A stretch of 64,000 nucleotides of DNA. It comes from Felis catus (taxonomy: Eukaryota). The DNA lies in the NCBI RefSeq assembly GCF_018350175.1, contig NC_058383.1, forward strand, positions 14,572,001 through 14,636,000. Reading direction: 5' to 3'. Every line of letters begins with the position of its first letter. The first letter of the stretch is position 1. Positions 48,568 to 61,020 of this stretch are shown piece after piece. The notes below the pieces were generated by a model. That model had not been told where the DNA came from and did no database searches. It was given only the letters and a program-made list of their open reading frames with translations. A program made the translations under genes and the position numbers.

Positions 48568-51500
48568 AATGACAAAGTCCAGCAGCAGGATTTCTTGTAA
48601 TGTGGAAACTGAGGCACCATACTCTCCATGACACCAGCCTGGGTACCCACTCAGAGATGGCTTTGATTTTACTCCTACCTTCCAGCCCGCCGCTGGCACA
48701 AAACCCCCTCATCTGCCCAGTTTCTGCAGAGCCAGGCTGATGCGGGGCGTACATGATACCGACGCCTGAAGGTGAGCAGTTTCCCTGAACTCTGAGTATG
48801 GGGACGTCCCCACGCTTGGATGGTGGAAACTAACCAAGACAGGCTGCAGTTTGCTCTCTGGCCGCAAGGTGGAGAAGGAAGAAACGGCTGGGGAAGGTTT
48901 GAAAACAAATTTGTTTAGGTGGCTGCCTTTTTTTTTATCGAGGGCAGAGAGACGAAACGGCCACTTGTTTTTCGGCAGCAAAAGCTACTTAGCCCAAATC
49001 TATCTGCTACCGGTTGGATACCCCAAATTTGCTCCAATTTATCATGATTTAAATTAAATTCAGTGACTCCCCCACCCCTTCTCAAACCAGAACCCCAGGT
49101 CTCCCTCAAGCCACAGCAAGTCAACCACCAGGCACTGTGGCCTCTCTTTCCCCAGTCTGTCTGGGTCCTGACCTCTTCTTCCATCCCCACTCTCACTTTT
49201 TTGCGGCCACCATCGCATGTCTCCCCTGGATTAATGCAAAATCTTCCAACAAGTCTCTCAGCCAAGTGCGCCGTGCCTCTGGGCTTTGCACACGCTGATC
49301 CCTCTGCCTGTCACATGCCGTCCCCCCTCTGCCCGCCGACTTCTTTGTCCTGCCCCTCCAAGAATTCCCCTACAACAAATATAAATGCGAACAATTTCAG
49401 GAAGGTGGCGTATCCGAAGAGGGAGGGGAAGGGAGAATGATAGATCTGAACTGCAGTATCCGAGGCATCTTAACTGTTTTCCTTCTTCAGGGAGGGAGGA
49501 TGGGTGGGGGGAGGGAGAGAGAGTGTGAGAGCGCTTGCCAGAAATCTCAACCAGAACGTTGACATCTATTAGAAGTGGATGAAAGGTATACTGTTGTCTG
49601 TTTTACGTGGGTTTGAGATATTTCGTAATTGAAGAGAAAAAACCTGTTAACCGATGTTCCTCCTTGGTGTTGCTATCTTTTGTGGCGAATCCTTCCATAA
49701 GGCTTCTGATCCTGGGCTGTAATCACAGGCTTACCTGTCTGTGCTTTCTATGAGACTCTAAGCCACCCGGGGGTCTTGTTTATGTTTCTATCTGCCTCCT
49801 GTTAGTCCCTAGTCGACACCTGCCAGGTACCCAAATAGGTCTGTAAAGAATTGGCCGGATAGTGAAGGCTGGTGCTCCGCGGTGGGGTTGGTGGTGGCAG
49901 GTGTTGAGGAAGACCCGCAGACATGAGAGGAGGGATGGGTGTAGACCAGCTGAAAGCCCGGCCCCCATCCCAGCCCAGGGGGACCAAGCGTTAAGGCTGT
50001 GAAGACCTTGATCCCGGCTGAGACCAAGCCGGTGGCATAGATGCTGTGGCTTTCAGGGAGGGTGAGGGGAGAGCCAGCGGTGAGCCCAGTTCTTTGGTGC
50101 CGGATCCAGTAGGTAGCGCCTTCGAGAAGCTTAAGGCGCTGAACCTAGCGTATCAAGGAGGATAATTCCTAGACCGGCTCGGGGAACTCAGAAATAAACA
50201 AACATGTAAACACAGGCTCGCCTGATTTTGACCAAGGCTTGGGAGCCAGGGTGCAGGGGCGGGAGGGGAGGGAAGGCAATGGAGGGGAGGGCGGGCGGGC
50301 ACAGGAACCTTGTGCTCCCAGAGAATTCAGATATCTGGGCGACATGAGGTAATCTGGTTTATTTAGCAAACACTTATTGAGGACCTACTGGGTGCTGGGC
50401 ATAATACGACGCGCTAGATATAAAACGATGAGAAAAATAAGTTGTGTGGCTAAGAAGCTTAGTTCAGTCACATGGCCAGGGCTGCTTGCTCATCTGATGA
50501 CCGGGAGTCTGCACAACCCGCCTCCACCCTGCACACAATCCCCTTCTGGCCGCAGATGCCTCAGGGGCTCCCCAGCCCCCCCAAGTTCTCTTTTCTACGA
50601 CAGGGCACTTCATCCTTGGAAGAGAAGCCTGGTAGGAGGTACGGAGGGCTGGCGCTGGAGAGACCTTGATCAAGAAGAAACAAGTCTGTGTGGCTCCTGG
50701 GCCACGGGGGCTCGAACACGTGAGGATCGGGTCTGGTCCTCTTTGTGCCGAAGGGCCCGGAAGAGCCAAGCCTGTCCCAGGGGGTGGGCTCCTGCCTGCT
50801 CTGCCATTGCTTCTGAGAGGCAGGATTTTCTGCCTGGGGCAACCGGGAGCTGGGCCAGTTGCCCCAGATGACAGCCTGAGGCTCACATACACGTGAGCAG
50901 CTCAGAGCCTCCCCAGGCCTCTACCTCCTGCTTCTTTGTCTCGTTCAAGGCTGCTTTTGTGCTCATTTTTTATAACGGCCTTATTGAGATATAATTCACA
51001 CACCAGACAATTCATTCCCCCTTTCCGCTCTGTTTTCTCCTGCTGTCATCCAGATTATTAACCTCAGGGAAGACTGGGGAGGGGGAGTGTCATCTATCCC
51101 GCATACACCGCTCCCACCCCTTTGCTTCCTGGCAGCCATGGCTTTGGCTTTGGCAAGGCAGGTGGGGGAAGACCACGAAGCGCCTCCAGTTCAGGAGCCA
51201 GCGGCACCTCCCTGGGAGGGAGAGCAGAGGTCTCTGCTGCCCCACACATGTCTCTGCTGCTGTGCTTAGGGCATGTGAGTTACAACTGCAACCCCAGCCT
51301 GGGAAATACTTCCCGAGACCGCGTTACTAGGAGCATCACTGAGGGACCGCTCGGGGAGATGGCTCCCGATCCCTGGCCTGCCACTTGAGGCAGCGAACCC
51401 AAACAGTCTGAGCCAGCGTGTCCCCTTAGCACAGCCCGGAAGCTCTTCTGCATCGAGGCACCTGCCCTTCTTCCTCATCCTAGGAAATTTGGATGTGAGA

Positions 51501-52659
51501 GAGCAGGGTTCTGGCTGGCTCTGAGCTGCAGGGCTGATTGCTGAACATCGCTCAAGCCAGAAGAGCTTTCTGGCCACACAAGTGGCCGGCACCACCAAAA
51601 TTATGGAAAAATCCCCATGGGATTCAAAGGTACGTTCATAACTTGAGGGAGAGCTTTGATTTACCAGGTCTGAGCCAATGTTCAGGCTTCACTGTCTCTG
51701 TGGTTCAGGGGTCAGAGATTCGTCGCCCCACCCCACCCCCCGTGGGACTTTTATCCTGCAGGACACTCCATTCCGGGGTAATTACCCCAGAAGAATACAT
51801 ATTCGTGACTAAATGCTCCTTGATGATAAAAAAATATATTAAAAATCAGATCAGAGAGGATAAAATCCAAGTTATTATCACTGGAATTTGCCAGAGGCCC
51901 CCCTTAGCAGAGAGAAAACCATGTGTTTTATGCCGAGAACACTCTATTTTTAGAATTTTTAAACCATAACGAATGCTTAGTGATGTTACCTTGTAAGTTG
52001 CCCCCCGAGAAGGTGTATAAAATGCAACAGTGAACAAGGGGTCTCCTGGGAGAGTCTACCCAAATGGATACTCAGCTTGTTGCCTCAGTACAAGACATTT
52101 GGGGAAATGTGTGAAAAGTGCTTTACTTTTGAAAAGTAAAAAAAAAATAAGAGATGCCCTCATGGTTTCTGGCATCAGGAGGTCAAGGTTCTGGTCCAAA
52201 CTCAAGCGGGATCTCTTAGTGTCCTTAATCAAGTCACTTAACTTTCTGGTGTTCTTCTTTTCCTTATTGATAGAAGGGAATGGGTGTCCCTTTTTATGCC
52301 TGAGAAGCTCCAATAACACTGCAAATTCCAGAAGTTTAAGGGAAAGCTATGTAATGCCTGAATGCTAACATTGGGGAAGAATTTGGCAAATGCAATCCCA
52401 AAAGGGTGACACCATTAGCTTGGGTGTCTGCAAATGTCTGCCCCTGGCCAGAAGATGTTTTGTTCTTCTCACCATATGATCCATAACCAGCTTATCCCCC
52501 CTTATGCCAATCATTCCCTTCCAAAGCCCGACCGTGAGGACCAGATCCCCAGCCGCTTTCCTGATCCTTGCTTCTAGGAAGAAGGCGATGCCGGACTGCC
52601 GTCCAAATGGGTCTGGTCGCCCTCCAGGGTCACAGGAGTGAATTTCGTGACAGGTTTGC

Positions 52660-52719
52660 AAGCCACACCACAGATAATGAACTGAATCTCTCCTCAAAAG
52701 AAAAAAAAAAACTTTTATT
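52660..52719 (-). terminator. CALN1: Distal polyadenylation signal AATAAA (52719-52714) with downstream U-run and GU-rich element
   Basis: Minus strand reads GCAATAGAAAAAAATAAAAGTTTTTTTTTTTTCTTTTGAGG...TCTGTGGTGTGG, preceded by ~250 nt of AU-rich sequence (52720-52960). Confidence 0.7.
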
Positions 52720-55700
52720 TTTTTCTATTGCATAAATAATGGTAAATTAGACTCTTTTTTTTATACAGATTATATATTTACAGACAAGTCTGGTTACAGA
52801 AAACATCTGGTAAATATGGCAGTCAGTTTTCCTTTATACACTAAGAGGACATATTAATAATATATACTTCATTGGATTAGTAAGTTGCATGCCAAGTTAA
52901 TTTATATTAATATTTACATTTTGTATAAAGATTTCCTTTTGACTAGTCTGCTGACTCCCATCACTTAATAGCAGAAATAATCATCTAACACGGAATGAGA
53001 AAAAAAAAAAAAAAGGAACATGAATGAGGTAAATGGGAAGACTGTGACCCAGGATTTCAGTCTGAGTGGCCCATTCTGGAAACAAGAGCTGTCAGGCTCC
53101 AGGCGTACTGATCCTAGGATCCTCAGCTGTGCTCCAGTCTGCATCCAGCCACTAACTATACTGTGCTTTGAGAAACAAGTCACGTCTCCAGTCTAATGAC
53201 TCCTAGGCTCACTGACCCCACCCCCTCCCATCCTCAAAAGATGACAGTTTGCCAGCCCACTGCCTGACCAGACTTTCTGGATCTGATTTCCATCCAAGGG
53301 CTCGGTCTTTGGTTAGTCCTTGGATAAACAGCTTCTTCTTGGATTTCAAAACTGGCGGTGGGGGGGGTGGAAAGTCAAACCCCACTAAGAAGCCATTCAA
53401 GGACCCCTGAAACCAGATTTCCAGGTCAGAAAGGAGGAATATTCTTTGATTTTCTTTGGGGAGAGCCGAGAGACCCTGGCTTGTGTAAGATTCTACCAGG
53501 AGCTGAGAGGACCCTTTCCTTTCCGGACCAATCTGGGTCTTTCCAGGGAAGGTCAGTAGGGCTTCTATGAAAACAAGCTTATGTGAAAATCTCAGTCCAA
53601 TTCAGGTAGAGGTAAAGGGACAGAAACCTAGGATGTTATGTTGTCATGGGGCAGAAGGGCTAGGGATTTTATGCGTCCAGCGGTCACTCTTGTCCTGCCC
53701 TCCACCCCTCACCAGGGTCGGTGTTTCCAAAACAGGCACCTGTGCTCAGCATCCCTCAGCCTCCAAGAGACCATCCCGCAGCGGCTGGTCTCCCCAGACT
53801 GCTAATCTCATTCTTGACAATCGTGAGAGACGGTGACTCTCCCTTCTGCAGTGTTAGGAATAATTGCAAACCATTATCACATATACCGGAATGGCCAGGA
53901 AAAAAAAAAACAAAACAAAAAGAAAAAGAAAAAAGAAATGACCGGAAGTTGTGCTCTTTATTCAGTAGCTTCCAGTTAGGCTTTCTCAGATGGAGAGACA
54001 CCCACTTTGTCCTGGGATCTGGCTTTGTTTCACTCTACTGATCCCGGAATTCTCATGCCGGTGATCTGCCATCAAGTGATCACATCCCCTTACTTTTCAC
54101 CCTGGCTAAGCCCATCTTTGATGTTCCCTTGAGTCAGCAAGACCTTAGGGAGTCAACAAAACCTCTTACTTGCAACACACCACGCATTTGACGGAAACCA
54201 ATTTGCATTGTTTCACCTACAGACAACGGACACCAAAAGAGATCCTTTATTACAACTGCCTCTTGGGACCCGTGTGAGAAAAGAAACCGCCAGTCCCCAG
54301 TTCACGCGGGAATCCGGCCCCTCTCAACTCTAGGCATCATCTTGACTTGTTTCAGAGTCACGATGGGCGGGCTCTTTTGGTTTCCCTTTCCTTTTGCTTT
54401 AGCGATGAGAGAGCTGAGGCCAGGAAGGGAACGTCACTCAAATGATCGGGCTGGTGGGTGGCCGAAGCACGTGAGGTCCTGCACGCGATCGTGCTCCCTT
54501 ACGTCTGGCTCTACCCTCCGCTCTCCTGGCCTCAGTTCAACAGGTCTGAGCCCAGGCACAATGCCCCCCGGGGGGGGGGGGGAGGCATTCTGAGCTTGGC
54601 AGATGTCCCATCCCCCAAGAAAAGACGAGCTACGGCCTCCACTTGACGTCTGCCACCACCCGTGTCACTGGGGTCAGGTTGATGGGCAGCCCCGTGGCAC
54701 TCAGTCCCCCGCAGGCCACAGATTCAGGGAAAGCGTCCAGAGACCAGCCTCTGCAGCCCTTCACAATCTTCCTTTCTCTCTCACAGGTCCAGTGATGCAG
54801 CAACACCACCCTTGAAGTTTTCATTCCCTGGAATATTCCTTCCTAATTAGCCTCATCCTCTACTCCCCTGGAAAATCCCAGCCCTGCAGCCCTTTCACTC
54901 GGACAGTAACTTCTAACATTGTGAGAAGCACTGTTTTGAAAGCCAACCCATCAAGCTCAAGGAAAAGAGGCGGAAGAGGGCTCCACCCACCATGGGTGTT
55001 GAACCGATTAAGCTACCCAAAGTCGGGGCGGGCAGGGGGCAGGGGGCTGGGCGAGTCTTGTCCGGGTCCAGAGGGCTATCTTATGGGACTGGCAAAACCT
55101 GATTCTTTGCGGCTATTACCTCAAGCCAACGGAATCAAATTAATTTTGCCGCGAAGACTTTCCGAGCTTCGTCACCGCGTCCCTTGAGACCATAGAAAGA
55201 GGGTCCCCAAACCAGTGTAAAGTAGAAACCATAGTCATGCGCTGTGGCCATGCGCATTAGCAAACGAGCACGGCCGACTAAGAGAAGTGTGTGGCTGGTG
55301 TGTGCATTTGACCTTATTCCTCCCCCAACCAAGTGTCAGTGGCAAGGCCACGTAGCTGAGGACAGTCCCCTGAGTGATTTAGTCAAAGGAAGTATGAAGT
55401 GAAGCTGGACAGTTCTGACATTTAGATGGCTGTGGAGACAGGGTCCGCGAGGGGCAGCCCGCCCCTCCTCCACTTTGCTAGTGGTTCAAATAATTCCACT
55501 GGAAACCCCTAGCTGCTGAAAAATGTTACTTTGCTATTTCTGATGGATCTTCCCCTCCCCCCCCCAACCCCTTCCGGGACGGCCGAGTAATGAGGAGGTG
55601 AGGAAAGACGGCTATGGCGAGGGCTTAAGGTTCCAGACTCTTAGCCCCGTGAGGATCCCTGAAGAGGCCAACGGGAAAGTTGTGAACTCGGGTCACTGCA

Positions 55701-58700
55701 GACAGACGTTCTCCAGAGAGTAGTCCTCCTGGGAATACAACCGGTCTGTGCCCGAGTCCGGAAGCCTAGGCTCGGCCCGTCTGTATCATCGTGGCGCTAT
55801 GGGAAAAGGGACTGTTCCCTGCAGTGGGGTTCCAGATCTCCCTACAACTCCGTGGAGCAGGGTGAGTAATACTATCGCCATGGGCTTTTGGAGAAACAGT
55901 GCAGTGAAATGACCCAGTCTGGTTGGGGACCTCCAGCTGGGAGGAGCAGAGCTCAGCAGCGACCGCGACCATGGAGAGAAAATGGCACAGCAGAAACAGG
56001 GTTTCATGACATGTAGCCACACACGTGGCCAGGCCAGCCAACCCCAGGACCTGTGCTTGGCCATCACACCCTCCCTCCTCAGTCATGGTCCCGGGGAGGC
56101 TGCCAGCTACAAGCTAAGAGCAAAACTCGCTTTGATTTATAACCTGAGTCTGGACTGAAGCCTAGAGAAGGCATTTAGAATGAACGAGAAATTTCCCCCT
56201 CCCAGTTCTTAGATGCATCACTTAACGATTCTCTGCGTGGGAGGTGAGGGGCATGACCCTCAGCATGACCTTGCCAGCTTTCACTAGGTTCTCTGGCTAA
56301 CCGCGACAGACCACTCGTCATGTGCGACTTGAGACGGGGGACAGGTATGGAGAAAGGACACGCCTCGCGGTACACCTCTTGTTCTCTGCGAATAAAACAC
56401 CTAGAAAGTTCAGAAGCCTCTGGGCTTGCCTAAGACCCCACGTAAACCTCAGTTCACTTCAGTTCACATTTCTGGCTTGTGGGAGAGCCGTCTCAACAGG
56501 CCAACAGATGCTTTTAAAGATTGAGGCTTAAAATATTTTTTGCCTTCCAAATGACATTTCTGCCTTTTCGCCCAGATGAAGGGGTCCTTGCTCTGGGCCC
56601 TGGAAAGGGTGGGGGGGGGGGGAGGCGGGGGGGGAGAATACCACCCGGCTTTCAGGTAGCTCCTGTTCTGAGCACATGGAAGGACGGTTTCAAAACACCA
56701 GAGAAGGCAGAGAAACCGCCAGATTTTTTTGAGAGTAATTTACCCCACCAGGGGGGATATGGGTGCACGGAGCCCGGTGTTCTTTAAGAAAATGTTCCCT
56801 ATTTTTGTGTGCCTTGGCAAACTCAGGGTGGAATGCGAGGGTTGCCATGGCAACATCACCCCCCCCTCTTTTTTTTTACAGATTGGTCACGTGGGACCCA
56901 CGCACATTCTGGAAGCCACTTCTAATAGTTCCCATGCTGGGTCCTGTCTGGGGGCTCTGTCTGCTTCTGGAGTGATAGGAGACAGCTTTTTTGTGGGGCC
57001 AAGGGGACCAGGGTCTGCATCCCTTCCTTGTCCCCCTAGCAAAATGCCTCCCCGATCATCCCTTGTGTGGTCTGGGGGGCACGTGTTCTTACAGCAAGAA
57101 TGAGCCACGCTTTAACCATGAGCATCATAAGTGCTGTGTGTGTGCGTGGTGGGGGTGGGGGGGGCACGGGGCTGAAGTAGCTCTGGAATGGACAGGACCT
57201 GGGGTGGGGCTGCAGAAAGTCAACATCTTAAGTCTTAGAATCCCGACACCTCTGAAAGACTGTCCAGGCAAAGCAGCCAGGGCTCACCTCGCAGACACAA
57301 GCTCTCGCCTCCCAAAGGGTCAGGAGCGCCTCTAACTCTGGGCTGTCTCCCCACACTTCAGCTCCTGGGTGCCATGCGTGACGCCACCATGGTGGCAGGT
57401 CAATTCCAGCCCACCCCAGAGGAAAGTTCTATAGCTTCCTTTTTGTCCTCTCTCCCTGCAAGGGATGCCTGCTCCTCGAATCCCTCCTGGGTAGGATTCG
57501 CGGGTCACTGGGAGAGGAAAAGGGTCCTGTTCAGGGAGAGGATGCTGAGGCCTCGAACAGGCTGTTGGTGCCTCTCCAGAGCTCTCTTTACTCTCCGCCC
57601 CTGCACAGTGCCTCATTTCTCTTCTAAGCCGCACATCCTTCGGGGACCCGGTTCTCCAGGGGGAGGCACAGAACTTGCAGACAGCCAGCCTTTGAAGAAG
57701 CGTTGCGATCCCCTCTCACGGGGCAGCGGCCTTTGGGAGTCCTCCCGGGGTCTCTATTTAGTCTACTTTGGCTCCCCAGGAGGGCACGGCCTAGAGGTTC
57801 AGGGGGTCCTTCCCATCCAAGTCCAGTTGTGGGCGGGGGGGAAGGTAAGCCGCTTGGGGCAAAACCTAATGACGCAGTCGTCTTCTGTGTTAGTGTTCTG
57901 CGCTCGGACCTGTCCTCCTTCTGGAAGCCCATCCTGAAGGGACCGTGGGGAGTTGGGCAGGGGGAGAGAGAGGAGGCAGACGTGCACTGGGTATTGTGGC
58001 AGGGTGGAGCGGGCAAGGGGGAGAGGCAGGCTGTTGCCTTCCTTGGCCTGGAAGGAACTCCCGGTAAGACTCTGGGCATTTTCCCAGCAGGACCCTCAAC
58101 CCCCAGGGCTCTCGGGAGCTCACACCTGCTCCGTACTATGGCTCAAACCCTAGTTTTACTTGTGCTCATCAGGAATATTTGCGGGCTCCCACCGTGGGGA
58201 AGTTTCTACAGCTGCCCCCAACCCCCCCCCCCCCCAGGCTGCTGCAGGAAGTGCTTGCAGAGTCGAACTGGAAGAAGACCCTGAAAGGACAAGTCAGGTT
58301 GGAAAAGGCAGAAAGGGAGAAAACGGAGAGGGAGGGGCCCCTGAGGGAGGGGTTCAGGGGACCCCCCCCCCCGCAAAACCTAGAGATGAGACATTCTGGC
58401 ACCTCCATACTGGAAGACAGGGGAAAAGGGAGAGGGAAAAAGCACGTAGCTTCAGGATGCAGTGGAAAGAAAGGGGCGGGACACCATTCTACTACAGAAA
58501 TAAAGACCTGAGCTTGGAAAAGTGCAAAGGAAAACACGGCATGGAAAGGTTATGGGCCGATCGGACTGTGCAAGCTTGAATCAATAGCGGTGGCTGATGC
58601 GGCGTCTGGGAAAAGTCGGGAAACTACAGGTTGGCATGCCACTGAAGAGGGACCCTGGGCTTCGGGTCCCTCCCCCCCAGCAGAAGTACTCCGCAGGCGG

Positions 58701-59923
58701 GAGCGAATTACCTGCTGGCTGCGCTGCTTCACGTCTCTTTGTTTCCCCGGGTGGGGGGAAAACGAGTCAGTTGCAGAATCTGACCGCTGCAAGAGGTGAT
58801 GTACGTTTCCGTCTTTCCACTGTGGACCGTGTTTCTCTTTTGCTCGGGGGAGGACTAACAAAGCAAGTCGGAAATGGAGGAGAAGATGAGGTGCTCGAGG
58901 CCCTTCGCTGACGGAGGTCTGCTGGCACGGAGGCGGGTTCGGGCTCCGCGACTCCGGGCGAGTGGGGTGTGAGGGTCCCAGGCCCTCCCCGCACCCCCCA
59001 CCCCCGAACTACCTGGCCCACCCGAAAGAGGCGGGGACGCATGTCGGAGGACGAGCTTATACCGGGAGTAAGCGATTAGAAAGGGGGATGTCACACACGA
59101 AGGAGCCCAGTATATACGTCTGTCTACATGTCTGTGTTACAGGGATGCCCACGAGAATGCTTTTTTTTTTTTTTTTTTCCACTAATGGCAGCACAGGTGG
59201 CAAAAGCCGGGAGAAAGGCTCTCTGCAGATTCCAAAATGCTGGTGCGCGATGGGCTCTAGGAACAGAAAGCCAAGTGCCGACGGAAACCGAGAGCTCCCC
59301 AACTCTGCCAACAAGAGTCCTCTGGAAAAGGCAGTAAGAACGGAAGCGAAGGGGTGCGGCGCTGCACCCCGCTCGATGGCTTTCCCCTCACGCCTTGGGG
59401 TGGGGGGTGGGGGTGGGGGCTCCACTGGGTGGAGGAAGGAAGCCCCCTCTTCCGTAGCAACCCAGCAGCCAGCCTCTTAGGACTGAGGGTTCCCGCAGCC
59501 GGGAGTCTCCAGGGGACCCCTGGGGTTGAAAGGACGGGGGGGGGGGGGGCACGGAGGTGGCCGCGGGCTGACGCCTCGCCCTTGCTCTCTTAACACCGCC
59601 AGCCTGGGTGGCCCCTGGAATCCCGGGATGGAAATGAAGTCTCTCTTCAGAGTTCCTAGGGGTGGTTGAAGCAGTCACTGGGAACTCCTGGCTATTTTAT
59701 TGCATTAGGAAACAAAACCATTAAAGCATTTAAGACAGCCCTTTGGTGTCCCTGCCAAGGAGATGAAGTGAATGGGCAACACCTGTTGCACTGCAGCCTT
59801 GGGGGGTCTTCGCCCGGGACGTGCCTGGTCTGCAACCGTATCTGCTTTTGCGGAGGAACAGAGTCTGCCCGCTGGGCATGCGCATGCGCGGTGAGCTGGG
59901 CACGCAGCCCGGTGGGGGGCGGC
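52690..59923 (-). other. CALN1: Putative long (~7.2 kb) CALN1 3'UTR
   Basis: SINE-free stretch from the stop codon to an AU-rich terminal block with AATAAA and a downstream GU-rich element; calneuron-1 mRNAs are recalled to have multi-kb UTRs. Exact end inferred. Confidence 0.7.
56841..56854. promoter_or_regulatory. Perfect palindromic RFX X-box GTTGCCATGGCAAC
   Basis: Exact 14-bp consensus palindrome; function not shown. Confidence 0.5.
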
Positions 59924-60051
59924 CTACTCCATGCCGCTCCGGAGGATCTGGTTGGCCGCGATCAGCATGACGCTTATGATGAAGGCCATGGCGAAGGCGC
60001 AGATGAGGCTCTTGCGGACGCAGGTCTGCCTGTTCTGTTTCTGCGCATGCA
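59924..60051 (-). CDS. CALN1: Calneuron-1 (CaBP8) terminal coding exon: (V)HAQKQNRQTCVRKSLICAFAMAFIISVMLIAANQILRSGME*, C-terminal transmembrane tail anchor
   Basis: Translation matches the recalled calneuron-1 C-terminus (AFAMAF...NQILRSGME; paralogue CABP7 ends AFAIAF...NQVLRSGMK). Acceptor AG at 60053-60052 follows a long pyrimidine tract. Phase-1 exon (128 nt + 1 = 43 codons), TAG at 59926-59924. Upstream EF-hand exons lie beyond the window end. Confidence 0.95.
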
Positions 60052-60639
60052 CTGGGGTGGGAGGTGGGGGTGGGGGAGCGGAGGGCAAGGAGACGCGGGG
60101 TGGGGGTGGGGGAGTGGGGAGAGGGGGGAGAGAGAAGACAGAAATGACACAGTGAGACAGGCTGACCATCTCCTCGTCAACAAGCCCAGTTCCGAGGCTG
60201 AAGACGGGTCACACCGACAAGCATGCCCCGGACCATCCTCGGACACTGAACACCACGTCCTCTGGCAAACCGTGCGAAACAGTCAAAACTTGACCAGAAG
60301 CCAAGAGAGATGTGATGCTCAGAGGAGGGTACAAACTTCCGGGTGCAGTAGAGCGCCAGGGACTTTCTGCGCAAGAAGAGAAATGTAACGTTTTGGAGTT
60401 TCGCAAAAGGCACCGTCCGGCCCCGGCTGTGTCGGTTTCTGCAGAGCGCCGGGCTCCCATTTCTGAGGCAGCTGCTAGATTCAGATGCTTCCCTACGGAT
60501 TCACGCTGGGCCGGAAGCAGCTTACCTTCCGGAATTGTTCTTGGGTGGCTGCTGGGCGGGATGACCCTAAATGACTTCTGGCATTACTTGAGTTACGCAC
60601 GCCGGGGGGGGGGGGGGGGGGGGGGGAGGGGGGGTTCTA

Positions 60640-61020
60640 AGGTGGGGTCCCTGGGCAAGCAGCATACACATCCCTGGGAGGTTTTTTTTAAAAAATTTTT
60701 TTTAATGTTTATTTATTTTTGAAGGAGAGACAGAACATGAGCGGGGGGAAGAGCAGAGAGAGAGAGGGAGACACAGATCCAAAGCAGGCCCCAGGCGCCG
60801 AGCTGTCGGCACAGAGCCCGCCGTGGGGCTCGAACTCACAAACCGCGAAATCATGACCTGAGCCGAAGTCCGACGCTTAACCGACTGAGCCGCCCAGGCA
60901 CCCCCATCCCTGGGAGCTTACTAAAAATGCAGGTGCTCATGCTGGACCCCACGCCCAGTCTACCGAATCAGAAACTCCAGGGATGGGGCCAGTGATCTGT
61001 GTTTAACCAGGTGATTTCGG
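60640..61020. mobile_element. MER5A-like MITE interrupted by a Can-SINE (-, 60681-60904)
   Basis: SINE TSD catccctgggag; aaaatgcag...ccccac...gaatcagaaactcc. Confidence 0.8.

Noticed and set aside
1..52600. GALNT17 3' exons, expected from human synteny
   Set aside because: No glycosyltransferase or ricin-lectin-like peptide recognisable in any frame; the gene probably ends before the window.
59700..59926. Stop-codon read-through extension of CALN1
   Set aside because: The TAG-GCC context does not match known read-through motifs such as UGA-CUAG; the open frame is explained by GC content.
59666..60388. 240-aa plus-strand ORF overlapping the CALN1 exon
   Set aside because: Antisense shadow of GC-rich coding sequence, non-ATG start, no recognisable homology.
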